Shown here in pieces: positions 19,786 through 27,764 of a DNA stretch of 64,000 nucleotides. The DNA is from an uncultured Gammaproteobacteria bacterium (GTDB lineage Bacteria > Patescibacteriota > Microgenomatia > Daviesbacterales > UBA10151). The stretch covers positions 2,022 to 66,021 of the forward strand of contig CAYOOO010000002.1 in NCBI GenBank assembly GCA_964405655.1, written 5' to 3'. The first letter of the stretch is position 1; every line of letters starts with the position of its first letter. The notes below the pieces were generated by a model, which was not told the origin of the DNA, did not search any database, and saw only the letters and a program-made list of their open reading frames with translations. The position numbers and the translations under genes were made by a program.

Positions 19786-20011
19786 ATTAGGCTTTAATTA
19801 GTCTATAGATTAAGGCGTTAAGTGCCCAATTAGAGGCTGAATCAAGATCATCTTTCCAGATGTAATCAGATATTTCATCTTTACTGATGGCTTTACCTAG
19901 ATTCTTTTTAACGAGTCTAAGTAACTTAGCCTCTTTAGCTGGTATGTTTAACTTAATATATGATTTGATATATTCTTCGCTATCCTTAGGACAACAAATC
20001 GCTCCAGCGAC
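19786..20011 (-). pseudogene. remnant of an OmpR/PhoB-type winged-helix (trans_reg_C) domain; no start codon
   Basis: Minus-strand frame reads ... IPAKEAKLLRLVKKNLGKAISKDEISDYIWKDD ... ALNALIYRLIKA*. This is the classic LT-KE-LL ... G-vS ... I ... VWG motif. The frame is bounded upstream by TGA and has no ATG/GTG/TTG, so the ORF track did not report it. Confidence 0.45.
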
Positions 20012-20052
20012 TCATTGTACTAATATTAGAAAGGTATTATATTAAATCTAGG

Positions 20053-20607
20053 ATGGTTAAGGGTAAAGTTAAGACTAAAGATGTACTGAAAATTATTGGT
20101 GTTGGTGGATTAGTAGTGGCTTCAATTATTATGCCTAATTTACCTATGGCTTTGATGAAAGTTCAGAAAGCTTGGAAAAATATTAAAAAAGAGGATTTAG
20201 GCAGAATTCTAAAAAGATTAGAAAGACAACAAGTGATCTCTATCAGGGAAAAAGGAGATATGATAGCAGTAGAGATTACTGAAAAAGGCAAACGCAGGTT
20301 ACTGGAGTATGATTTCGAAGGTATCGAGATTAAAAACAAAAAAAGAGACGGAAGGTTTAGACTAGTTGTATTTGATATTCCTGAGAATAAGAAAAATGCC
20401 AGGGATATGTTTAGAAGGAAGCTTATTCAGCTTGGATTTATCAAATTACAAGAAAGTGTGTTTGCATCTGCATACCCTTGTAAAAAAGAGATAGATTTTC
20501 TCTGCCACTACCTGGAGATTTCAGATTATGTAACTATCGCTTCAGTAGATAAAATAGAACGAGGGGAGCAGCTAGTATTTAAAGAATATTTTTATCATGA
20601 CAATTAA
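20053..20607 (+). CDS. membrane-anchored winged-helix protein fused to a Cas2/VapD-like domain (orphan)
   Basis: N-terminal hydrophobic segment (IIGVGGLVVASIIMPNLPMALM), then a wHTH-like segment (ILKRLERQQVISIREKGDMIAVEITEKGKRRL). The C-terminal ~85 aa (RFRLVVFDIPENKKNARDMFRRKLIQLGFIKLQESVFAS ... DYVTIASVD) match the Cas2 core pattern (VLVxYDI ... RR ... G-R-Q-SVFEC). Confidence 0.5.
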   Translation: MVKGKVKTKDVLKIIGVGGLVVASIIMPNLPMALMKVQKAWKNIKKEDLGRILKRLERQQVISIREKGDMIAVEITEKGKRRLLEYDFEGIEIKNKKRDGRFRLVVFDIPENKKNARDMFRRKLIQLGFIKLQESVFASAYPCKKEIDFLCHYLEISDYVTIASVDKIERGEQLVFKEYFYHDN

Positions 20608-20752
20608 TCGCGGCCGCGACTGAATGTACTGAAAATTATTAGTGGAATTCATTTTATATAAGATTGCAGCTTTGGAGGATCCAACTCTTTTTTCTGTATC
20701 ACACCTGCAATTTGGGGCGGAGATAACTTTGACAGGACTCAAAAAGAAAAAA

Positions 20753-20787
20753 AGAGCTACTGAATAATACCCAATAGCTCTTTTTTA
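20753..20787. terminator. bidirectional intrinsic terminator between the convergent Cas2-like gene and rplL
   Basis: Hairpin agagcta ... tagctct flanked by an A-run (20741-20752) and a T-run (20781-20786). Confidence 0.6.
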
Positions 20788-20805
20788 ATTCAAAGGAATT
20801 GAAAT

Positions 20806-21429
20806 TTACTGTAACTCAACGGTAGCTCCAGCTGCAGTCAGCTTGGTTTTTGCTTCTTCTGCGGTTTGCTTGTTAACACCCTCCATAACTGGTTTAGGTG
20901 CTGATTCTACTAGGTCTTTTGCTTCTTTTAAGCCTAAAGTCGGAACTAATTCTCTAACTGCTTTAATAGCTCCAATCTTGTTTGCTCCTGCTGAAGCTAA
21001 AATTACATTAAAGGTAGTTTGTTCACTAGCAGCTTCTTCAGCTCCTCCAGCTTGCCCTGCACCGACTGGTGCGGCGGCGACTGGTGCTTGAGCTGTAACA
21101 CCAAACCTATCTTCAAGCGCATGGACTAAATCTGCTAGCTCTAAAACTGACAGTTTTTCAATCTGCTCTATGATTTTTTCTAATTCCTTTGAGATAGGTT
21201 TTACAGCTTTTTTCTGGGGAGCCGGCTCGTCGGTGGTCGAAGCACCGCTCGGCTGACTAGACTTTGGTTCTGGAGTAGTTTCCTTAGCCTCGCTACGGGT
21301 TTGTTGAGAGTCGGAGTCAGTTAAATTTCCTTCTTCTGGAACACTCTCAACTGCACCAGTTGCTTCTGACTCACTCGACTTCGCCGTCTCTTTTTGTTTT
21401 TGATCTTGATCGTCTGCCAATCTAAACAC
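20806..21429 (-). CDS. rplL: 50S ribosomal protein L7/L12 with an ~80-aa acidic N-terminal extension
   Basis: Canonical L7/L12 from [24 protein letters not shown] ... onward. The GTG start overlaps the rplJ stop (GTGTTTAG). The extension is S/T/E/P-rich. Confidence 0.85.
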   Translation of the reverse strand: MFRLADDQDQKQKETAKSSESEATGAVESVPEEGNLTDSDSQQTRSEAKETTPEPKSSQPSGASTTDEPAPQKKAVKPISKELEKIIEQIEKLSVLELADLVHALEDRFGVTAQAPVAAAPVGAGQAGGAEEAASEQTTFNVILASAGANKIGAIKAVRELVPTLGLKEAKDLVESAPKPVMEGVNKQTAEEAKTKLTAAGATVELQ

Positions 21430-21943
21430 CCCCTCTCATTACTCGAATTTGATCTAGCGCGTATACTAAATTTCTTAAATTAGCCTGTAATACTCCAACT
21501 ATGCCGTAAAGTGGTGCACCTAAGGATCCAACAATGTTAGCTCTTAACTCCTCTTTTGATGGTAGGGAAGCAAGTTTTTGGACTATCACATTATCGATTA
21601 ACTCACCATTAAAGATTCCTAACTTGACTGATCCAATTTGAGCATCTTTGATAGCTTTAGTTAATATTTTGATAGGGGTTATTTCATCTTCATAAGAAAA
21701 TAGGGTTGCAATGGGACCCTGGTAGTTTGTAGGGGGTAGTTTGTAGGGGGTAGAGGCTAGTTTAAGCAGACTGTTTTTGGTAATAGTAAACTCTGCTCCA
21801 ACTTCTCTCAGCTTGCTTCTGAGGTCTGATAATTGAGACATGGTTAAACCTTTATAGTCTACAAAAACCACTGACTTGGCCCTGTCAAGCTTATCAGTTA
21901 AACCTTTGACTATTTGTTCTTTTTGCGCTCTGGTTTTAGGCAT
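21422..21943 (-). CDS. rplJ: 50S ribosomal protein L10
   Basis: [19 protein letters not shown] ... matches L10. Start set at the ATG that follows the GAAGGAG ribosome-binding site. The track ORF extends 14 codons further upstream. Confidence 0.85.
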   Translation of the reverse strand: MPKTRAQKEQIVKGLTDKLDRAKSVVFVDYKGLTMSQLSDLRSKLREVGAEFTITKNSLLKLASTPYKLPPTNYQGPIATLFSYEDEITPIKILTKAIKDAQIGSVKLGIFNGELIDNVIVQKLASLPSKEELRANIVGSLGAPLYGIVGVLQANLRNLVYALDQIRVMRGGV

Positions 21944-21975
21944 AAAAAAACTCCTTCTTCGAGGAGTTTGAGTAG
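21944..21975 (-). promoter_or_regulatory. rplJ leader hairpin that sequesters the ribosome-binding site, followed by a U-run (L10-leader-like)
   Basis: Minus-strand RNA reads AAACTCCTCGAAGAAGGAGTTTTTTTATG. The stem CTCCT/AGGAG contains the SD, and 7 U precede the start codon. Confidence 0.4.
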
Positions 21976-22128
21976 TATGTATCAAGTATTATGTATTAAG
22001 GGATTTTTGTTTTCCCATAATACTTACTACTTATCCCTTGATACTAATTTTCAACGCCTCGGTGGGATTTACCAATTCCTTGAACCCACTTTCTTAAGCT
22101 TTTAAAATTCTAATCTAGTTGATACAAT

Positions 22129-22467
22129 TTGTCAATGGCAACACTCATCATTACTAAAAAAGCAACTAAAGATCAGATTAAAAAGATGTCATATGAGTAT
22201 GGAAGTTATATTAAAGTAGTAGTAGATATTGAAAAGAGTATATTAGCAGGCGGAGCAGCCATGCATTATGATGAGGAGAGACTATTATTAGAATATGGTT
22301 CAAAACAGCAGAACCTTTGGGGTGGAGGAATAGATTTAGATACAGGTTCAATAGATTATAATTCCATGATTAATTTACGTCCTAATCAAAACAACCCTAG
22401 TAGAGAAATCGTCTCTTTAGAAATTAGAGAGAAGTTTGATAAAATTGTCAAGAGATTGCTAATATGA
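22129..22467 (+). CDS. hypothetical protein (112 aa)
   Basis: ORF whose stop overlaps the next start (ATGA). Conserved-looking core YIKVVVDIEKSILAGG ... NLWGGGIDL. Confidence 0.5.
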   Translation: MSMATLIITKKATKDQIKKMSYEYGSYIKVVVDIEKSILAGGAAMHYDEERLLLEYGSKQQNLWGGGIDLDTGSIDYNSMINLRPNQNNPSREIVSLEIREKFDKIVKRLLI

Positions 22468-22811
22468 AAAATATCCAGGTTACAACTAGTCGCTCCAGCG
22501 ACTCATTGTCCCCAGCTCAGCTTCAAATTTTAAATATCTCGGTTAATCTGGCGAGAATAGGTAACTGGGTGGCTGATTCTTATGAACAGAAAAAAGAATT
22601 GATAAATAAGTTTATTGAACAAACTGCTCAGATGATCTCTGATTTAGATAGTCAAAATAGCTCAAAAGAGTTCAAAACTATCTTAAGTAAGTTTAAGACT
22701 GAGTTTTATAAGCTCAAGGAAGAGCCTATCGATAAAACAAACAAACCTATTTGGGCAGAAAAAGCTTTAACGTGGGCTAATATCTTGCAACATAGAGCTA
22801 AACTAGCCTAA
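22464..22811 (+). CDS. hypothetical protein (115 aa)
   Basis: ORF coupled to the previous one. Its 5' end carries a copy of the locus-specific inverted-repeat motif, so the true start could be internal. Confidence 0.45.
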   Translation: MKNIQVTTSRSSDSLSPAQLQILNISVNLARIGNWVADSYEQKKELINKFIEQTAQMISDLDSQNSSKEFKTILSKFKTEFYKLKEEPIDKTNKPIWAEKALTWANILQHRAKLA

Positions 22812-23665
22812 AACTTAGGTACCCAGATCCAATAACCACTGCCGCCTGAGGCAGGTGGATCGCCTTCAGATCCGGTATTGGCAGGAACCTTGAGCTCAGC
22901 AGATTTGCTGGCAGGTGGAGTGGGTGAATACCAAGTACCAGAAGTTCCTGTTTTGCCCAGATTTTTGATTATAAAGCCAATATCAAAGCTGTTGATGGAG
23001 TTATCTAAGTTAAAATCAATTAATGGGTTCCATTTTTTTGAGGTTGGATTTGCTCCTAAAGCGCTTAGAGTAATATTGTAATCTAGGGTATTAATAGTAT
23101 TGTCCTCATTTAAGTCACCAGTTAGCAAATTAAGAGTATTTAAATCATTCACAGAGGGCTTAACAGTAAAGGCTGAGGCTGTGGCTATCTGCACACTACC
23201 TTTAAGGTAAGCTGTATAGGTTTGACTTTGAGTTAAACCTGCTAGAGACAGATTGGAGTACTCTCCTGAATCAGGTACATTAACAGTAAAAGAGAGAAGG
23301 TATTGAGGATTAGTAATGGGTTGTCCTTGGGCAATTCCTACGAATAACTTAGTAGCCTGTTTGTTTTTGGGTCTTCCTTCGAGGTTAATCTTAAACTTTA
23401 AGGTAGGTCCAAAGCTAATTTCAGCTGAGGAGCTAGCCAGAGAGGAAGATCCATCGCTACCGCCAGACTCTTTAAGTAAACTTTTTTTTAACTCATCAAT
23501 TGGGTTGGTTTTAGGAACTTCTTTAGGGGAGGTTTGAGGGAAGATACTTGTTGTTTTAGCTGCATTTTTTTGATTGATTCTTTTAGAGAGGATAAATGAG
23601 CCTGATGGGATCAGGATGATTAAAACTGCGATGACTATTAAGATTATCTTCTCTTTACCGCGCAT
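22808..23665 (-). CDS. secreted protein with dockerin-like calcium-binding repeats
   Basis: N-terminal signal/TM segment. C-terminus GDLNEDNTINTLDYN ... DFNLDNSINSFDIG fits the dockerin type I repeat pattern. Confidence 0.6.
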   Translation of the reverse strand: MRGKEKIILIVIAVLIILIPSGSFILSKRINQKNAAKTTSIFPQTSPKEVPKTNPIDELKKSLLKESGGSDGSSSLASSSAEISFGPTLKFKINLEGRPKNKQATKLFVGIAQGQPITNPQYLLSFTVNVPDSGEYSNLSLAGLTQSQTYTAYLKGSVQIATASAFTVKPSVNDLNTLNLLTGDLNEDNTINTLDYNITLSALGANPTSKKWNPLIDFNLDNSINSFDIGFIIKNLGKTGTSGTWYSPTPPASKSAELKVPANTGSEGDPPASGGSGYWIWVPKF

Positions 23666-23732
23666 TTTCCCTAACTTTACTATACTATGGAAAAGTTAAA
23701 AGTAAAAAGTGTAAAGTAAATTAAGTAGCAAA

Positions 23733-24788
23733 ATGAACTCTCTCCCCGCTCTAAAGAACGTGGTTTTGAGTTCTTGTCTAACAATGAGAGTACTTTCTTT
23801 AAAGAATCTAGTTAGGATTTTAATAAACAGCCTGATTGGTTTAATTTTAATCCTGATATGGTTGAAGCTGGTTAACCTTCAAGAAGTTTTAGACAAGATT
23901 TCACAAGTAAATCTCCTCTTTACCATACCTTTTATTATTCTATTTGCACTATCTTTTAATCTAAGGGCAATCAGGCTTAAGATACTGCTTTCTTCAGAAC
24001 AAAGTATCCCTTTATCTAACATAGTCTATCTGACTTCTCTTTCCCAGCTTTTAAGCTTTTTGATACCCTTAAGACTAGGGGAGTTAGCTAAAGCAGTTTA
24101 TCTGGGGGCTGAATATAAAATTAAGTTTTCCAAAGCCTTAATTTGGATTCTTTTAGACAGGTTTATAGATTTTTGGACAGTCTTAATAATATCTTTAGTT
24201 TTACTTATCTTTCTGCCTACCAACCTGCCCGAAAACTTAAAGCTTAGTTTATCTTTCCTTATTGTTCTGTCCAGCTTAGGGGGGATCTTTTTAATATTCT
24301 TCCCTAAATATTCCAAAAAACTTGCTGAAATCTTTGCGTTACTCTTAGTATTTAAGCCTGTTAAAAGTCTATTTTTAAAAGTTAGCTTCCATATTATTGA
24401 TACAGCCAGTTTTTTAAATAGGGGGTTAGTAGGCAGTATAAAATTAATTCTGATTACAATCTTAGTACTTATTTCAGATGCGCTGGCTTGGTGGGTACTA
24501 TTTGTAATTGTGTTTAAGACCCAAGCTGGCCTTTTGCCAGTGCTTTTAGGTTCACTTCTAAATACTTTAACTTACCTAATTCCTGCTGCTCCTGGGTATA
24601 TAGGAAGCGCTGAGGCAGCAGGACTAGCTGTTTTCCATTTTGGTTTGGGTTTTGATAAAACTTTGGTTTCAGCCATAACTGTTTTAAACCATGCCTTAAC
24701 TGTTTTTTGTGTTCTTTTTTATGGGCTAATCTCCCTTTACCTTCTTAAATTTGATTTGAGCTTAGTTTGGAAGAAACTAAAAAGATAA
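23733..24788 (+). CDS. UPF0104/flippase-like (MprF-type) polytopic membrane protein
   Basis: Multiple TM helices. N-terminal region typical of lysylphosphatidylglycerol-synthase TM-domain family proteins. Confidence 0.55.
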   Translation: MNSLPALKNVVLSSCLTMRVLSLKNLVRILINSLIGLILILIWLKLVNLQEVLDKISQVNLLFTIPFIILFALSFNLRAIRLKILLSSEQSIPLSNIVYLTSLSQLLSFLIPLRLGELAKAVYLGAEYKIKFSKALIWILLDRFIDFWTVLIISLVLLIFLPTNLPENLKLSLSFLIVLSSLGGIFLIFFPKYSKKLAEIFALLLVFKPVKSLFLKVSFHIIDTASFLNRGLVGSIKLILITILVLISDALAWWVLFVIVFKTQAGLLPVLLGSLLNTLTYLIPAAPGYIGSAEAAGLAVFHFGLGFDKTLVSAITVLNHALTVFCVLFYGLISLYLLKFDLSLVWKKLKR

Positions 24789-25984
24789 AAAGTATTATGA
24801 ATCAGGAATCAGAGAATAACTCCAAAGCCAGTCATACAGCAAAAAAAGCTGATGAGTTTGATGAACCCAGATTACCAGGCGAGGAAGCAGCTGCTTTTTT
24901 AAGGCAGGAAGGTTTCAAGAAGTATCAGCAGGAGCTTCAAGCCCGAGGAGCCCGCCATAAAAAACATGGCGAGGTTGCTAGAGGAATTACCGAGGCGCTA
25001 CAGACTCAAGAAATTGAAGATTACGAACCTTGTCATTTATCTGATGAAGCTAGAGAGAGAATATTGGAAAGAATCAATCAGGCAGCCAGAAAAGAACCTA
25101 CTCTAGAAGCCCAGCAACTTTGGGCAGAGCTCTACCTTTTTCTAAGGGACCACTCTGCTTTTTTTACAGAGTTATCTCATGGGACAACTGCTGAACTTTT
25201 TGATCAGATACTGGTTGAAGGTATCAAACCATATGCAGTTTTAAAGGATCAGGGTAAACTAAGATTTGGTGAGGGAGCCAGAGCAAGCCGTAGAACAAAG
25301 GAAAGAGGGTTAAACCAGATTCCTGCAGGGGTCGGATTGGGCGGTTTAGGCACAGCTATTGCCTATGCGGAATTCACTGCAGATGCAAGACAAAACGAGA
25401 GGTTACAAAATATCCTATCTTTACACAACAGGGCGCTTAGAGATTCCAAGGATCCTGATCTTACTGAAGAATCCAGAAGATTTTACCAGGAACAGTTAGA
25501 GTTTTATAAAGAGGAGCTAAGAACCCCTCCTTCAAAAGGAAAATGGGAATTTCCGGTTGTGCTTGGTTTTGATCATTCTCAAGAAGTTAGCTCGTTTGAT
25601 AATCCTAAGATTGGTTGGGTTGTTGCCTGGCCAGAAGTATATAAAGGTGGGGAATTTAAAGTCCTTTCTTCTTTAAAAAAGGAGCGGGATTTTAAGTCTG
25701 AGGCTAGGCTTGATAGTGAGGTTTATTTACCTCCTGGGGATGAAGTACCATCTGAGGCAATAACTTTAATTGCTTGCCCAAAAGATAAAATGGAAATGGT
25801 AAGAAGAGTAGCAAGGGAGTTTAGAGGAGAAGATATATCTTTTATCTCACTTGAGGCTTTAGAACTTTTACCTAAAATAGGTGTTGATCGGGTTGACTCA
25901 GGCTACAAAACTGCCCGATCCACTACATCAGGAGTAGTAATCAGTGAAAGCCTCAGAAGAACTCGAGAAGACTTACTATATTGA
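24767..25984 (+). CDS. hypothetical protein (405 aa), Arg/Glu-rich
   Basis: Long ORF. Its end overlaps the rplA 3' end (convergent). Composition resembles other R-rich hypothetical proteins in the window. Confidence 0.5.
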   Translation: MEETKKIKSIMNQESENNSKASHTAKKADEFDEPRLPGEEAAAFLRQEGFKKYQQELQARGARHKKHGEVARGITEALQTQEIEDYEPCHLSDEARERILERINQAARKEPTLEAQQLWAELYLFLRDHSAFFTELSHGTTAELFDQILVEGIKPYAVLKDQGKLRFGEGARASRRTKERGLNQIPAGVGLGGLGTAIAYAEFTADARQNERLQNILSLHNRALRDSKDPDLTEESRRFYQEQLEFYKEELRTPPSKGKWEFPVVLGFDHSQEVSSFDNPKIGWVVAWPEVYKGGEFKVLSSLKKERDFKSEARLDSEVYLPPGDEVPSEAITLIACPKDKMEMVRRVAREFRGEDISFISLEALELLPKIGVDRVDSGYKTARSTTSGVVISESLRRTREDLLY

Positions 25985-26902
25985 GGATAGGTCGACTTTA
26001 ACTCCTGGACCCAAGGTAGGTGAGAGGGTGACTTTTTTTATTCTGGATTTTCCCAAGGTTATTAGTAAGGTTTTAACATTGGCAGTAAGTTCCTCAGAAG
26101 GCTGGTTAAGTTTTCCCAAAGCTAGATGAATAATTGGAGCTTTTGGCTCACTTTTATATTCTGTTTTACCACCTTGGAAATTTTCAACAGCTTTTTTCAA
26201 TCCGTCAGCTGACGGACTGGTAATAGTTCCATTCTTGGGATTTGGCATCAAACCTTTAGGTCCTAAGACTTTGGCAACTTTAGCCAGTTTACTCATCCAC
26301 AAAGGTGTAGTAATAACCATATCAAAGTCTATTTTACCCTTACTTATCTCCTCTAATGTTTCATCTGTACCAACAATATCTGCTCCAGACTCTTGGGCAT
26401 CTTTGCCAAAAGCCAGAATCCTTAACTTCTTTCCTTCTGAGTAAGGTAGAGAAACTAAACCTCTAAGACCAGTTGTTTGAGTATTGATATGAATTTCTAA
26501 AGAACCTGTGAACTTTGAGTAGGAAAGTTTTTTTGAGAGTTCAACAGCTTCAGGAATAGAGTAGTGCTTACCTCTTTCAAATTCCTCTACAGTTTTTTGG
26601 TATTTTTTAGAACGCTTTCTAGGCTGTCCTTGCTTTTTTTGTTTGGGCTTCTCGGAAGCAGTTTTAGTTGCTGATGGAGCTTGAGTAACCGAGCCGCCCA
26701 CTTTCTGCTGGGTATCTTCTATTTGAACTTCTTGATCCTTAGTAAGCTCAACTGCGCCAACTGCTTTATCTGATTCAGACTTTGCTTTCTTTAAAGCTTG
26801 ATCTCGCTCAATATTTGTTGCCAGAACTTTTTTAGGAGCTTTCTTTTTTGGTTCCTCAGCTGCTACTGAGTCATCAATTGTTTTAATCTTAGTTTTTCCC
26901 AT
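25976..26902 (-). CDS. rplA: 50S ribosomal protein L1 with an ~95-aa Lys/Glu-rich N-terminal extension
   Basis: Core from KKYQKTVEEFERGKHYSIPEAVELSKK ... to the end matches L1. The upstream in-frame extension is lysine-rich. Confidence 0.85.
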   Translation of the reverse strand: MGKTKIKTIDDSVAAEEPKKKAPKKVLATNIERDQALKKAKSESDKAVGAVELTKDQEVQIEDTQQKVGGSVTQAPSATKTASEKPKQKKQGQPRKRSKKYQKTVEEFERGKHYSIPEAVELSKKLSYSKFTGSLEIHINTQTTGLRGLVSLPYSEGKKLRILAFGKDAQESGADIVGTDETLEEISKGKIDFDMVITTPLWMSKLAKVAKVLGPKGLMPNPKNGTITSPSADGLKKAVENFQGGKTEYKSEPKAPIIHLALGKLNQPSEELTANVKTLLITLGKSRIKKVTLSPTLGPGVKVDLSSI

Positions 26903-26907
26903 GGTTT

Positions 26908-27336
26908 TTAACTTGAAACTTTAACCCCCATTGATCTGGCAGTGCCTTCTACTATTTTCATGGCAGCCTCCAAATCACTAGCGTTTAGATCCGGCATTTT
27001 AGCTTTGGCAATATCTTCTACCTGACTTTTGGATAAAGTTCCGGCACTTTCATGGCCGCTTTTTCCGGCTCCTTTTTCTACTCCTAAAGCCTTTTTAATC
27101 ATTTCAGCCACAGGTGGTTCTTTGGTAATAAAGCTAAATGTTCTATCTTCAAAAACTGTGATTACAACTGGTAGGATATTGCCTTGTTTTTCTTTAGTCT
27201 TCTCATTAAAGGCCTTAACAAAGTCCATTATAGGCAAGCCATGTTGACCCAAAGCTGGGCCAACAGGAGGAGCGGCAGTTGCTGTACCTGCAGGAATATT
27301 TAGTTTTATAAATGTTTTTACCTTTTTGTTTGCCAT
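26908..27336 (-). CDS. rplK: 50S ribosomal protein L11
   Basis: [33 protein letters not shown] is the L11 N-terminal signature. Confidence 0.92.
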   Translation of the reverse strand: MANKKVKTFIKLNIPAGTATAAPPVGPALGQHGLPIMDFVKAFNEKTKEKQGNILPVVITVFEDRTFSFITKEPPVAEMIKKALGVEKGAGKSGHESAGTLSKSQVEDIAKAKMPDLNASDLEAAMKIVEGTARSMGVKVSS

Positions 27337-27438
27337 ATAAATAATTTAAAACATTTACTCAGGCCTTTAGGCCGCTGTATGTTTTAATCTTTTTTGCTGC
27401 CATAAGTTTTGCAATTATATGTAAATTTGAATTCTATC

Positions 27439-27762
27439 TCAAGCATCTTGTTGTTCCAAGAAAACCTGGTGCGCTTGAAAGCGTACTTCCATAAACCTAA
27501 CACCACTTCTTCTTATAGAAGCCATGAACTCTTGATTTGTTTGGCCATTAAGTCTTGCATTGCAATTCAGACAAATACTTGGCAGGTCAGATCTATAAGC
27601 CTTTAAACCTATTGCAGCCTTGTCTATCTCTTTTGCTGAAACTACTCTTATTAGGTCGTCTGCTTCTGTAGAAAATAAAGTATAGACATGGCCTGCTAAA
27701 TTTCTAGCTTTCTCGTTCCCTGGACAGGGATATGCTACAAATTCGTATTCCGACAAACTCAT
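27439..27762 (-). CDS. hypothetical protein (107 aa) inserted between nusG and rplK
   Basis: Its start lies 3 nt after the nusG stop. CPG ... CLNC cysteines. No family recognised. Confidence 0.5.
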   Translation of the reverse strand: MSLSEYEFVAYPCPGNEKARNLAGHVYTLFSTEADDLIRVVSAKEIDKAAIGLKAYRSDLPSICLNCNARLNGQTNQEFMASIRRSGVRFMEVRFQAHQVFLEQQDA

Positions 27763-27764
27763 TT

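Noticed and set aside
20806-21429. Treating the N-terminal extensions of rplL, nusG and rplA as ORF-calling artefacts
   Set aside because: The open frames run for 80-95 codons in AT-rich DNA. The rplL GTG start overlaps the rplJ stop. The rplL and nusG extensions are mutually similar at the protein and DNA levels. So they are probably translated, though this is unverified.
27439-27762. HNH or GIY-YIG homing-endonuclease assignment for the nusG-rplK inserted gene
   Set aside because: It has a CxxC pair, but the HNH His/Asn spacing and the GIY-YIG motifs are absent.
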